Shown here: positions 18,040 to 26,693 of the stretch, in pieces
Numbering within the stretch: the stretch's first letter is position 1
How the letters are laid out: every line of letters begins with the position of its first letter
IMG/VR virus record: IMGVR_UViG_3300046710_000261
Coordinates: 64,001-128,000 of that record
DNA length: 64,000 nt
Origin: a virus
Lineage: Duplodnaviria > Caudoviricetes
Reading direction: 5' to 3' (one strand)
The notes under the pieces: generated by a model
What the model saw: only the letters and a program-made list of their open reading frames with translations
Told to the model about the DNA's origin: nothing
Database searches by the model: none
Program-made: the position numbers and the translations under genes

Positions 18040-18630
18040 TCAATTCTTTTTTACTCTCTTCTTAATGAAGGGAACAATACCAACCATTCCGATACCAAGG
18101 AGCATCATAGTTCCTGGCTCAGGGACTGATTGATGGACAAGGAATTCTTGGGCAGTACCTCTGGTATCTGTTAGAATAGTCCATCCAGACCCATTGAATG
18201 TACCATAATTGTTTTGGGCAAGTGTAACATAATATAGGGTGTCTGAATCAGCATAATGGCCACCACTAAAATTCCAAATGGCTTGTTGAATAGAAACCTG
18301 ATTCCCCCCATTGTTATAAATGGAAGCAAGATAGCCCATCTCCAGGTATGCCATTGGATTTTTCAGATATGTTAAATCAAATGAGCCAGAATAGGTAGTG
18401 GTATTTGCCAACCATGACGTATTCAGATAGGATTCATGGTTGAAGTCAACACAGAAAGCATAAACATTTGAAATTCCATTTACTGTAAGGTAGTATGGGG
18501 CAATATAGTATTGTCCATTGTTAACCCCTCCTACTCCTGTCAGGGTAACATCTACCTGATCGGCTGGGGCAGCCATCGGCAGTAAAAATAGTGAAACCAA
18601 TGCAAGAATACAAATCAGAAAACGTTTCAT
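18040..18630 (-). CDS. PEP-CTERM sorting-domain surface protein
   Basis: Signal peptide; C-terminal VPEPGTMMLLGIGMVGIVPFIKKRVKKN. Confidence 0.9.
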   Translation of the reverse strand: MKRFLICILALVSLFLLPMAAPADQVDVTLTGVGGVNNGQYYIAPYYLTVNGISNVYAFCVDFNHESYLNTSWLANTTTYSGSFDLTYLKNPMAYLEMGYLASIYNNGGNQVSIQQAIWNFSGGHYADSDTLYYVTLAQNNYGTFNGSGWTILTDTRGTAQEFLVHQSVPEPGTMMLLGIGMVGIVPFIKKRVKKN

Positions 18631-18697
18631 CTCACTCTCCTTTTTTAATTTTTAAAAGGTGGGGACTAAATCCCCACCCTAGATTATGGTTGTCTGT

Positions 18698-19945
18698 TTA
18701 CTTAGGGCAACAATCTACGCCGGCGTCTCGTCCATCACAGATTTGATGCTGTACTTCTGTCTGGCCCTTTTCCGTCTGGAAGAAAACCACGATCATCGTG
18801 GCATCGTATACACGAGATCCCCATGAGTGCGCAATACCAGTACCACCGCCACCCGTAAGGCCATTCTCTTTCTCAGATCCACTTAATTGACTTTGCGTAT
18901 AGGCCAGTCCTAAACCAACCGTAGTTGAACTTGGCTCAGTCAGTTCGTTTTGGGTCAGGATAACAAATGCATTCCGACCACTCTGCATGGTAAGAAGTGC
19001 TGCTGTACCTACTAAATCGTCCGTAACTCCAGGCTCTCCAAAAAGCCATGGTTGCTTTGTGCGTAAATAGGCACGACCAATCAGCTTTGCATCCACAGGA
19101 ATATAGCTCAAGCGATTCACATAGTCAAACTCATACTTAAGCTCAACCGTCATTCTAACAGTAGACTGCACTGTACCCTTAACCAGCATCTTCGCATCTG
19201 CTTGGCAAAACTTTGTAGGAATACCAGAGGCATCCATCAATTCTTTCGGAAGAATAACCCAACCCTTGCCAGTGCCTTCATGTCTCTGAGTATTCATGGG
19301 ACCAGGCATCTCCAGATTATTCGTGAACTGTCTTCCCGTCCCAGGAGCAACCGCTGCCACGTTCTGAGTCAAAGACTGCTGAGGGGCAATCGTCTGGCCA
19401 TTATTCTGACCTTGAACTAAAGTAGGATTCATCGTTTGGGTATTGGTTTGTGTAGGTTTAACGATATTTACATTTTTAACATCGTTCTGTACGGCACCCG
19501 CTGCAATTGTGGAATTACCACTACCAACAATAGCTTGTCCCTGTTGCTGCTGTTGCTTCTGGCCCTGTTGCTGACCCTGAATATTGGTCATCTTCGGGTC
19601 AACGGTAATTTTCGGGTCAACGGTAACGGTGTTCTGCACTGCACCCTTCTGAATTGTAGCAGAAGGTGAAAAGTTCCCAATTCCATTACCAATATTATTG
19701 GTAGAGTTCCCGCTATCCCTTACAGAACCCCCTGTTGCTGATGCGTTTCCGCCTGTTAAGGTGTTAGTATTGGTAACGCTATTATTAGAATCCCCACCCT
19801 GGCCACCATTGCCGCCCTGGCCACCGTTGCCGCCCTGGCCACCGTTGTTTACTCCCCCATTGCCGATACCATTATCAGTAGCCAATGCAGGAATTGCGAA
19901 AATCAGCATTAACGCAAAAACCAATAAAACAATTTTCTTCAACAT
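18698..19945 (-). CDS. Secreted low-complexity (G/N/Q-rich) protein
   Basis: Signal peptide MLKKIVLL...PALA; GGQGGN repeats, polyQ; start reassigned to 19945. Confidence 0.75.
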   Translation of the reverse strand: MLKKIVLLVFALMLIFAIPALATDNGIGNGGVNNGGQGGNGGQGGNGGQGGDSNNSVTNTNTLTGGNASATGGSVRDSGNSTNNIGNGIGNFSPSATIQKGAVQNTVTVDPKITVDPKMTNIQGQQQGQKQQQQQGQAIVGSGNSTIAAGAVQNDVKNVNIVKPTQTNTQTMNPTLVQGQNNGQTIAPQQSLTQNVAAVAPGTGRQFTNNLEMPGPMNTQRHEGTGKGWVILPKELMDASGIPTKFCQADAKMLVKGTVQSTVRMTVELKYEFDYVNRLSYIPVDAKLIGRAYLRTKQPWLFGEPGVTDDLVGTAALLTMQSGRNAFVILTQNELTEPSSTTVGLGLAYTQSQLSGSEKENGLTGGGGTGIAHSWGSRVYDATMIVVFFQTEKGQTEVQHQICDGRDAGVDCCPK

Positions 19946-20114
19946 GTTTTTTCTCTCCTTCATATTTTTTTTCGGGTTATTTTTATGTCTTACCCTTGAC
20001 AAATTTTACTATTGGTGACAATCAAATAATCACCCTTTCAATTATTCAATAACCATTGTAGCATATTCTGATTGTATTGTAAACATATTTTTTCAAGAAT
20101 TTTACAATTCATTA

Positions 20115-21110
20115 TTATTCTTCATCTTTCAATAAATAGTCGTTATTCAGAATCTTTACAGATAATCTTCTCTTCAAGGCTTCACTGAAGCGATTTATGG
20201 TAGGTCGAATGACAATTCCTTCCCTTCTGTTTTGCGTTCCCTGATAAACACCTTTTGCCATTTCCAAAAGTTGTTCAATCGTGTGATTAAAAATAAAAAT
20301 GTCGGCAAGAGGAACCATTGGTATCTCATATCTGGTACAGAAATCCCTTAATTCGGGAAAGTCAAAGTATTCTTGTTTGTCAATATCCCAAACATCGAAT
20401 ATAAAAATTTCATGGCTGGTAAGTTGCATTCTGTTTTTCTGAATTGAGGGACCGCAAATTTCGCCCTGGATAGCAATGTTTCCGGCATCCTTTAATACGT
20501 CTTCGATGTTGAATTTTTTTGCTATCTGCCAGTAAAGCAATTCGTTTGTTTCTTTGTATCCCCAATTGCGAGAGCAAATCCAAATGTCTCCATCTTTGTT
20601 TATAAATGAACTGCTTGTTCCATCACACTTTACGGTAGAATAACATTCCACCCCTCGAAATTCTTCAATTACACCAGGATAACTTTGAATCCGTGGTTCA
20701 TCGGTCCTGGAAACATAAGCAGGGAAATTGCCTTTGATCTGTCCACGTAAGGAAGCAGGAATGGGTTTCTCATAATGAATGATGCCAAGAATTTCTGAAA
20801 CGTCTGTGTCTTCCAGAAATAATACGTTATCGGTTTCAGGAAGAATAGACATAGGAAAGACAATTCCTTGAGATAGATTTCCGCGAAGTTTTACTGTTTT
20901 TATCCTGAATTTCTTGTTTCTCAAAAATTCAAATGCAGGATTGCTGTCAGGCAGAAGACTATCAATCTCCACAAAGCAAATCAAATCCCCCACAGAGAAT
21001 TCGTTTCTTTTCGTGACGATCTGCCATCCCAAAACTTTGACAACATCTAAGTTATCAGAATTTTCAGCGGGACGAGTATCAAGAATTTTTTGGATTGTTG
21101 CTTCTCTCAT
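20115..21110 (-). CDS. ATP-dependent RNA ligase (DRB0094-type)
   Basis: N-terminal EIDS.LP...LRG..SQG; KCDGTS motif I, QGE, FDV, REGIVIR, K. Confidence 0.88.
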   Translation of the reverse strand: MREATIQKILDTRPAENSDNLDVVKVLGWQIVTKRNEFSVGDLICFVEIDSLLPDSNPAFEFLRNKKFRIKTVKLRGNLSQGIVFPMSILPETDNVLFLEDTDVSEILGIIHYEKPIPASLRGQIKGNFPAYVSRTDEPRIQSYPGVIEEFRGVECYSTVKCDGTSSSFINKDGDIWICSRNWGYKETNELLYWQIAKKFNIEDVLKDAGNIAIQGEICGPSIQKNRMQLTSHEIFIFDVWDIDKQEYFDFPELRDFCTRYEIPMVPLADIFIFNHTIEQLLEMAKGVYQGTQNRREGIVIRPTINRFSEALKRRLSVKILNNDYLLKDEE

Positions 21111-21310
21111 ATCTTAAACACACTTTTAGGAATTTCTACTTTGAATGGTTTATATTCAACACATTGGGCATCGGCCCCGACGGGAGCAAAACTACAATTC
21201 CCTGGTCCCCATCCCCCACCCCACGGTGCGGGTTGTTTGCCCCTTCAGTCTTTATGAAAGCAGTCACCACTGACTTCTGCACTACATATGAACAGTTTTT
21301 CTTCTTTCAC
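21107..21310 (-). CDS. Cys-rich 67-codon gene with in-frame TGA (candidate selenoprotein; not in ORF track)
   Basis: GTG start behind AAGGA RBS; TGA at codon 22 (21245-21247); frame ends in an ATGA overlap with the RNA ligase. Confidence 0.6.
21213..21232 (-). promoter_or_regulatory. Putative bacterial SECIS hairpin
   Basis: CCC-G-CACC[GUGG]GGUG-GGG; apical loop starts 20 nt after the UGA and begins with GU. Confidence 0.5.
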
Positions 21311-21312
21311 AA

Positions 21313-21510
21313 TTATCCTTCTTTTATTTCTTCTGTCTCTGACAATTCAATCCAGTCTCCATAATCACCACATCTTCGAAGATAATCATGACCGCCATCA
21401 GCAGAAACCATACCACACTTGCAAGTTTGGAAATCGTGACGATGCTTGCTCTCAATAACATCGTCACAAAACTTACATTGTATCCTGTTACGGATAATTT
21501 TCATTTTCAT
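21313..21510 (-). CDS. Small Cys-rich conserved phage protein
   Basis: IQCKFCDDVIESKHRHDFQTCKCG..SADGG.DYLRR. Confidence 0.7.
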   Translation of the reverse strand: MKMKIIRNRIQCKFCDDVIESKHRHDFQTCKCGMVSADGGHDYLRRCGDYGDWIELSETEEIKEG

Positions 21511-21533
21511 TTTGCTACTAAAACATCCTTTCT

Positions 21534-21749
21534 TTAGACTTTCTGATAATCAAAATTGTCTTTGATCTGCTCATTGAAAAATACTCCAGCGGATTCTGAA
21601 AACATAAACTCTGTTACCAATCCCTTCGGAACATCAAAGTATTGGTAAGTGTCTCCGCTCTGGAAACTGATTTCCAAAGTCTTGTTTTCTACATCATAAC
21701 CCACATCTTCAATCAATGAAGAATCCATTTCATAACTAACATTAATCAT
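21534..21749 (-). CDS. KTSC domain protein
   Basis: SSLIEDVGYD..LEISF.SG..YQYFDVP......SESAG.FFN..IK. Confidence 0.85.
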   Translation of the reverse strand: MINVSYEMDSSLIEDVGYDVENKTLEISFQSGDTYQYFDVPKGLVTEFMFSESAGVFFNEQIKDNFDYQKV

Positions 21750-21967
21750 AACGTCCTCCTATATTTTTTCTTTTGTTCTTCTTCCTTTATTCCTTCTTGG
21801 ATTTTGAACGCCTCTATTGCTTCATTACATTCATTTTCAGTCTTCCCGCACGGGCAAGCCCATTTTCTTTTCAATTCTTCTCTCGCGCGATTTCTTATTT
21901 TGTTTCCCCAAAGTATGTTTATCAATTCAAATATCATTTTATTCCAACTCCATAGGTATTTCTGCAA
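21746..21967 (-). CDS. Hypothetical protein
   Basis: ORF coupled to neighbours; CPCG...C. Confidence 0.45.
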   Translation of the reverse strand: MQKYLWSWNKMIFELINILWGNKIRNRAREELKRKWACPCGKTENECNEAIEAFKIQEGIKEEEQKKKYRRTL

Positions 21968-22319
21968 GGTCTTTTTCTACATCTTTTATTCTATTCTTGG
22001 GTAATTCCTTATTCTCATCAAGATATTTTTTTATAGCACCCGATATTGCACTTCGAGTTTTTTGGGAAGGAAAAGAAACTCTGCTCGCCTCTCGGGGAAT
22101 TTTGAAAAAGGTCAACCCAACAGAAAAACCAATTCTCTGTTTTGTCTCTCGTATCTCTGCTGCGTCTCCATTTCTGCCATTTTTAAGTTTGAAAGAAATA
22201 GTTGCCTGACCAGCATAAGTAAATCGTTTATATGTCTCATACCCGATGCCTGAAAATATCAACATACTCTTTTCATCTATCGGTATATATGGTATGCCTG
22301 TAACAGAATATTTTATCAT
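21939..22319 (-). CDS. Hypothetical protein
   Basis: ATGA overlap with the upstream gene. Confidence 0.55.
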   Translation of the reverse strand: MIKYSVTGIPYIPIDEKSMLIFSGIGYETYKRFTYAGQATISFKLKNGRNGDAAEIRETKQRIGFSVGLTFFKIPREASRVSFPSQKTRSAISGAIKKYLDENKELPKNRIKDVEKDLAEIPMELE

Positions 22320-22513
22320 TTTACACCATCACGATATTCTTTTATTTTTTCATCAGCAATTATTCTTGCTTTTGTATCATGGAATGTTCTATTGCTTTTA
22401 CATCGTGAGCATCCACCATGGTTACAGCAGGAACTATCAAAATTTCTGCTATCAAAACCAGGATAGGCCGTTCTCCAATCTTTTCTGTTAGGATATAAAT
22501 TGTAAAAACCCAT
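22316..22513 (-). CDS. Small Cys/His-rich basic protein
   Basis: FDSSCCNHGGCSRCKSNR; own TTTACA-17-TATAAT promoter. Confidence 0.65.
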   Translation of the reverse strand: MGFYNLYPNRKDWRTAYPGFDSRNFDSSCCNHGGCSRCKSNRTFHDTKARIIADEKIKEYRDGVK

Positions 22514-22563
22514 ATACTACCTTCCTATTTTATTATTATACCATAAACAAAGTAAATTGTAAA

Positions 22564-22650
22564 TGGAGGAAGAGGCGGGATTTGAACCCGCAAAGGTTTT
22601 ACCCCTGACAGTTTTCGAAACTGTTTGGCCTACCAAATGCCCACCCTTCC
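22564..22650 (-). tRNA. tRNA-Ser(CGA)
   Basis: GGAAGGG/CTCTTCC acceptor, ACAGT-TTCGAAA-ACTGT anticodon arm, long variable arm, GGTTCAAATCC T-loop, encoded CCA. Confidence 0.92.
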
Positions 22651-22848
22651 TTAATTTTTCAGGGCCAACGCTTGGCCGATCTTCAATTCTTTGATGAGAA
22701 TGATTTGCTCCCAAGTAAAATATTCTGAGAGTTCTTTTCGATGAACAATAATGTTTTCAATTTCTCGGCACTCGCTATCAATGGTGCGTTTCCAAAATTC
22801 ATCTTCTCCATGTCTTCTTACAGTTCTTCTTCTGTTTTCTGGTATCAT
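22651..22848 (-). CDS. Hypothetical protein
   Basis: ORF with GGAG RBS. Confidence 0.5.
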   Translation of the reverse strand: MIPENRRRTVRRHGEDEFWKRTIDSECREIENIIVHRKELSEYFTWEQIILIKELKIGQALALKN

Positions 22849-22873
22849 TGTCTTTCTCCCTCTCCTATTTTAT

Positions 22874-23095
22874 TTATATCTCTGAAGTCAATTTTTCAAT
22901 TTCTTTCTTGAAATCATCAAATGGGTCAACCAAAGACCTTTTCGTCTTTATGAATTGGATATGTTGACACTCTATCCGCTTGAATATCCATTTCGGACAG
23001 GAACACCCATAATTACCATTACGGTCAATAGCAACGGTCCGGATGCTATCTGTACCTTCAACTTGCCACCTTTGTACCCATCTATCTCTCCGCAT
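22874..23095 (-). CDS. SWIM zinc-finger protein
   Basis: CSCPKW.....CQHI. Confidence 0.7.
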   Translation of the reverse strand: MRRDRWVQRWQVEGTDSIRTVAIDRNGNYGCSCPKWIFKRIECQHIQFIKTKRSLVDPFDDFKKEIEKLTSEI

Positions 23096-23333
23096 TTTTT
23101 TCTCTCTTACACTTTAGCATTCTGATGAACTGCACTTCAAAGAATGCATTTCCCGCCGTTTTCATATCTTCGGTCATATAAATCTTGAGTGATCTATCAC
23201 GGAGTTTTTCTATACCCCATTTCTGCTTTCCGAAAACATTGTATAAAAGAAACATTTCCAGAAATCTCAGCCTCTTTGCTTTGGGTATTCTTCTGATCTG
23301 TTTTCGATCTAATAAATTTCGTGAGATAAACAT
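23082..23333 (-). CDS. Hypothetical protein
   Basis: ORF in packed early operon. Confidence 0.55.
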   Translation of the reverse strand: MFISRNLLDRKQIRRIPKAKRLRFLEMFLLYNVFGKQKWGIEKLRDRSLKIYMTEDMKTAGNAFFEVQFIRMLKCKREKNAER

Positions 23334-23334
23334 T

Positions 23335-23640
23335 TTATTTTCCTTCCTTGGTTAGAATGTTATTCCAGGCTCTTGCTTTTTCCATTCTTTCCTGGATTTC
23401 ATATCGCGTGATTTCGAGAATTTTCTCACAAGTCTCTTCTGCCAGACAAAGATTGCCGCCCAATAATCCCAAAAGATATTCAATCTTCAACTCTGACACC
23501 ATGGTGTCTTTATTGGTGAGATTGGCCTCTCCAAAATCATCGACAAGTTTACATGTGCAGATGGCCAGTTGATTTATCGCTATTTGCAAGCGGGAAATTC
23601 GAGCGTGAATTTTTATTGGATTTTTCTTGGATATTCGCAT
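23335..23640 (-). CDS. Hypothetical protein
   Basis: ORF in packed early operon. Confidence 0.55.
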   Translation of the reverse strand: MRISKKNPIKIHARISRLQIAINQLAICTCKLVDDFGEANLTNKDTMVSELKIEYLLGLLGGNLCLAEETCEKILEITRYEIQERMEKARAWNNILTKEGK

Positions 23641-23855
23641 TTTATTACTTCCTCCAAAATCAAATTATTTCGCTCTGCCAGATCATTCCGAAATTGGTCA
23701 AGGTCAATTATGTTATTCTTTGAATCGCGGAGTACCCATCGACCAGCCATGTCATTTCCATTGGGTGTTTGGCCAAATTCTCGGCGCATTATAGTCAATC
23801 CACTATCTGAAGTATATATGCTGTCGGATACATGCTTCAAAATTATTTTATCCAT
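23613..23855 (-). CDS. Hypothetical protein
   Basis: ORF with RBS. Confidence 0.55.
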   Translation of the reverse strand: MDKIILKHVSDSIYTSDSGLTIMRREFGQTPNGNDMAGRWVLRDSKNNIIDLDQFRNDLAERNNLILEEVIKCEYPRKIQ

Positions 23856-23865
23856 ATTTCCTTCC

Positions 23866-24111
23866 TTAAATGTAGTTCAATGCCAGCAACCAAGAGGGCA
23901 AACCGTGTTGGCAATGTCCATCAGGTTCGACCTTGCAACCATCAAGGGCCTTTGCCACACCGTCAAAGGACCATTTTTCCAGGGTCTTGAGGGTAGGCGG
24001 CTTCTTACAAACAATGGGTTTCACGGCGAAGGCATGCGCCACGGCGTATTGTTCAAGGGTAACATCTTCTTTCAACTTCCTGACACCGCGTTCAGCAGAA
24101 TAAACGTACAT
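23866..24111 (-). CDS. Hypothetical protein (DGC.VEPDG.C.HG..SWL motif)
   Basis: Motif-rich ORF in operon. Confidence 0.65.
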   Translation of the reverse strand: MYVYSAERGVRKLKEDVTLEQYAVAHAFAVKPIVCKKPPTLKTLEKWSFDGVAKALDGCKVEPDGHCQHGLPSWLLALNYI

Positions 24112-24113
24112 TT

Positions 24114-24323
24114 TTATTTCCTTTCATTCCATTTCAATAATGCTTCCATTTCCATATGCTCTTGTGTTCCTTTGGCATAAATCCAAGGGCCACATGCGCC
24201 ACATTCAACACAAATTACATTGACGGGTGTTCCTTCTCTGTCTGGGGTGCCAAATTGATAATCAATATTGGTTTTTTTACAAAATGGACATTTTTTTACT
24301 TTCATTTTTACCTTCTCTCCCAT
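24114..24323 (-). CDS. Lar-family restriction-alleviation-like zinc finger
   Basis: CPFC...VICVECGACGP...A...WNER. Confidence 0.7.
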   Translation of the reverse strand: MGEKVKMKVKKCPFCKKTNIDYQFGTPDREGTPVNVICVECGACGPWIYAKGTQEHMEMEALLKWNERK

Positions 24324-24514
24324 CCAATTCTTTTTGAGGCAGCGACATAGGCATCATTATCTTGATCTCGGAGTTCAGACAGCCTTTTCAGCCAATACGG
24401 TCCTGTCTCTCCCATAAACCATTTATCACCCACAGGGGCGAAGCGAACACGGCCAAGAAGTTGTTCAACGTCAAGGCTGTCAATATATTCCTTATTTTCT
24501 TTAGTCAAGTCCAT
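24308..24514 (-). CDS. Hypothetical protein
   Basis: Start MDLTKENK; C-terminal ASKRIGW. Confidence 0.6.
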   Translation of the reverse strand: MDLTKENKEYIDSLDVEQLLGRVRFAPVGDKWFMGETGPYWLKRLSELRDQDNDAYVAASKRIGWERR

Positions 24515-24516
24515 TT

Positions 24517-24915
24517 TTACTTTCCTTCCTTTACACAAAATTGATCTGACAAATACCATCCACTATTTACAAATTTGACCAGGCCGAAAATTTCAGCCTC
24601 CCGCAGAGAACCATGAGAATTTGGCCTCCAGCCTTTTCCTTTCAGAGCAATGGCATCAAGACCAGGATTTTTACTTATGATGGAGAGCATCTTTTCATAT
24701 TGAATTTTGTATTCCCATCGGCCATCACGCTTACCCCATAAATTAAGCAAGGTCTGAAGGTCTTTGTGAGTATGGCAAAAAATTCTCTGAACACCCGAAT
24801 CACCCTTTACGGTATGTTTCCAAGTATAGAAAAATTCTCGCAGACTTAATTCGAGTGCTTCCCTTTCCAAGAAAGTGTAGGTCACTCCAGCTTCGATGTA
24901 ATGTTTTTCGTACAT
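24517..24915 (-). CDS. Hypothetical protein
   Basis: ORF in operon. Confidence 0.55.
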   Translation of the reverse strand: MYEKHYIEAGVTYTFLEREALELSLREFFYTWKHTVKGDSGVQRIFCHTHKDLQTLLNLWGKRDGRWEYKIQYEKMLSIISKNPGLDAIALKGKGWRPNSHGSLREAEIFGLVKFVNSGWYLSDQFCVKEGK

Positions 24916-25058
24916 TATTTTCCCCTACTTTTGTTTTCGTTTATAATTGCCATGTATCCTTCAAACATCGCATCTTCGGGAGTAGATATTCTTTCACCCA
25001 CACAAAATTCCTTCAACCACCACCAAATCAATCCGGAAATCTTTTTCACTTTTTTCTC

Positions 25059-25280
25059 CTATTCAATCCGCGCATCGAAGGCCATGCTGATAACTGGCTC
25101 GGTATAACTGACAGATACTTTCTTTCCTACAATGTCTTCTTTCTTGAAATCAATGAGACCAGGCTCATCAAAGAAACTGAATTTGATGCGTTCATCCATC
25201 CCATCTTCATCCACGCAAACATGAACATCTTCTTCCTTGTCATATTCTTTCACGAAAAAATACTGTCTCATTTTATTCAT
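25059..25280 (-). CDS. Hypothetical acidic protein
   Basis: ORF in operon. Confidence 0.5.
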   Translation of the reverse strand: MNKMRQYFFVKEYDKEEDVHVCVDEDGMDERIKFSFFDEPGLIDFKKEDIVGKKVSVSYTEPVISMAFDARIE

Positions 25281-25410
25281 TCCTTTTCAAATATGCTTTG
25301 TGACAAATCTTTTTGTGTGATTGCCATTCCCATTTGGGAATGAATTTTCGACAACCTTTACACCACCATGTATATTTTCTTTTCAGCCCTTTGCCTTGCA
25401 TTTTTTTCTC

Positions 25411-25749
25411 TTATCTGTAAATGACAAATTCTTTTTCTGCTAAAGGAACCAAACCAAATTGTTTCATGACTGATTTCCACGGCCTTCCATGTCCCCAATA
25501 TTTTCGGTCAATCCAAGTTTTACAATGGGCAACTTCATGGGCAATTGTGTCTTCGATTTCTTCGGGATGAAGTCTAAGATGAAATCTTGAGACCTGGATA
25601 GCAAGAAAATTTCCAATTTTCCAGGTTGTTCCCCATGCATGGGGAAGTTTTCTGGTAATTCCAAAACGGATTCTTGAAAGGGGAAGTCCTGCGATTTCCA
25701 TGTACTCTTCAAAAGCCTTTTCGATTTCCTTGTCAATTGTCATTTTCAT
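25411..25749 (-). CDS. SprT-like zinc metalloprotease
   Basis: DTIAHEVAH...GHGRPWKSVM. Confidence 0.8.
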   Translation of the reverse strand: MKMTIDKEIEKAFEEYMEIAGLPLSRIRFGITRKLPHAWGTTWKIGNFLAIQVSRFHLRLHPEEIEDTIAHEVAHCKTWIDRKYWGHGRPWKSVMKQFGLVPLAEKEFVIYR

Positions 25750-25755
25750 ATATAG

Positions 25756-25815
25756 ATTATAACAAATTTTGAAAGTATTGTCAAGAAAAATCTTTCATAA
25801 TGATTTCAAGAGGTT
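25756..25815 (-). promoter_or_regulatory. Strong sigma70-type early promoter with conserved 37-bp upstream element
   Basis: TTGACA(25784-25779)-17-TATAAT; element shared with 28661-28697 and 63862-63898. Confidence 0.8.
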
Positions 25816-25933
25816 GGATAGTAAAATAGGTAGGTAATTTTATTGAGGTTTTTTGTATTGTGGGGTAATGGTTTTGTATTACCCCACCAAGAAAGTCCAG
25901 CCACAGGGCAATTTTGAGCGATTTTTGGTATCT

Positions 25934-26038
25934 TTAAGGGAAAACCATGCATGACCCGATCAAATAGAGTATACCGAAAATAACCAAACCTAAAAAACAT
26001 CCCCACAAAAATTTTAGGCCACTTACACCGTTTGCCAT
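25934..26038 (-). CDS. 34-aa membrane peptide (not in ORF track)
   Basis: MANGVSGLKFLWGCFLGLVIFGILYLIGSCMVFP, AAGGA RBS, followed by hairpin 25860-25887. Confidence 0.5.
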   Translation of the reverse strand: MANGVSGLKFLWGCFLGLVIFGILYLIGSCMVFP

Positions 26039-26067
26039 TTTTATCCTTTTTACCTTTTCTGCCCTTT

Positions 26068-26679
26068 TTATTCAAACCAGACTGAAAGTACCAGATTTTT
26101 CTCTTTCTCCAATGTTTCGGCTTTCGGTGAAAAATCCTCTTTCCAGTTGTTTTCTTTCTTTCCAAAAAAAGTTTCGGGATTTGGTTTCCTTTTCCCATTT
26201 GTCAGGGCAATTTTTAAACTCGTTTCTCCATGTTCCAATTGTGTCAGGATGCAGCAACCCAAGAGAAATTTTTTGACAACCCTTTTCAGAACGGTAAAGG
26301 TAATATTGTACCCGAAGAAAAAAGTGTAACCACGTTCAAAGTCTCCCCTCTTATCGGTGATTGAAACTTCCAAGCAAAGAGGAAAGCCGATGGTATTTGC
26401 ATAACTTGCACGAGAAGACCATGGACCTTTCAATACCTTTTCGCCCTCTTTGGTTTTGATGGTAAAAGAAGAACCACCAAATCCATTGCGATTTTTATCA
26501 CTCCCGTCATGGGAATAAAATTTCACCCATCCCTCTTTGTTACGAGCAAACCAAAGACCTTTATTATACCGATAAAGAAAATCGGCATTGTTAGGAAATT
26601 CATCCACCAGAAGCATGAGCCGTGGGGAATTATCCCATTTCTCTGCCCAATCCATTTTTGCATCAAGAATTTTTGCCAT
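26068..26679 (-). CDS. Hypothetical protein (GFGG...LKGPWSS motif)
   Basis: 203-aa ORF with GGAG RBS. Confidence 0.65.
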   Translation of the reverse strand: MAKILDAKMDWAEKWDNSPRLMLLVDEFPNNADFLYRYNKGLWFARNKEGWVKFYSHDGSDKNRNGFGGSSFTIKTKEGEKVLKGPWSSRASYANTIGFPLCLEVSITDKRGDFERGYTFFFGYNITFTVLKRVVKKFLLGCCILTQLEHGETSLKIALTNGKRKPNPETFFGKKENNWKEDFSPKAETLEKEKNLVLSVWFE

Positions 26680-26693
26680 TATTTTTTCTCCTA

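Noticed and set aside
16230-19850. Short tandem repeats as a CRISPR array
   Set aside because: They are in-frame coding repeats (GGGH/Y, PAPQIHNR, GGQGGN) without unique spacers; no cas genes
22564-22650. tRNA-Ser as a possible tRNA-Sec or UGA suppressor serving the 21107 gene
   Set aside because: Anticodon is CGA, not TCA, and it has a normal 7/5 acceptor/T-stem geometry
22517-22714. 65-aa ORF in the track
   Set aside because: Runs across the tRNA-Ser gene and a promoter; shadow ORF
23569-24180. Long antisense ORFs (also 31591..32196 and 61987..62577)
   Set aside because: Lie opposite well-supported genes and have no RBS or motifs
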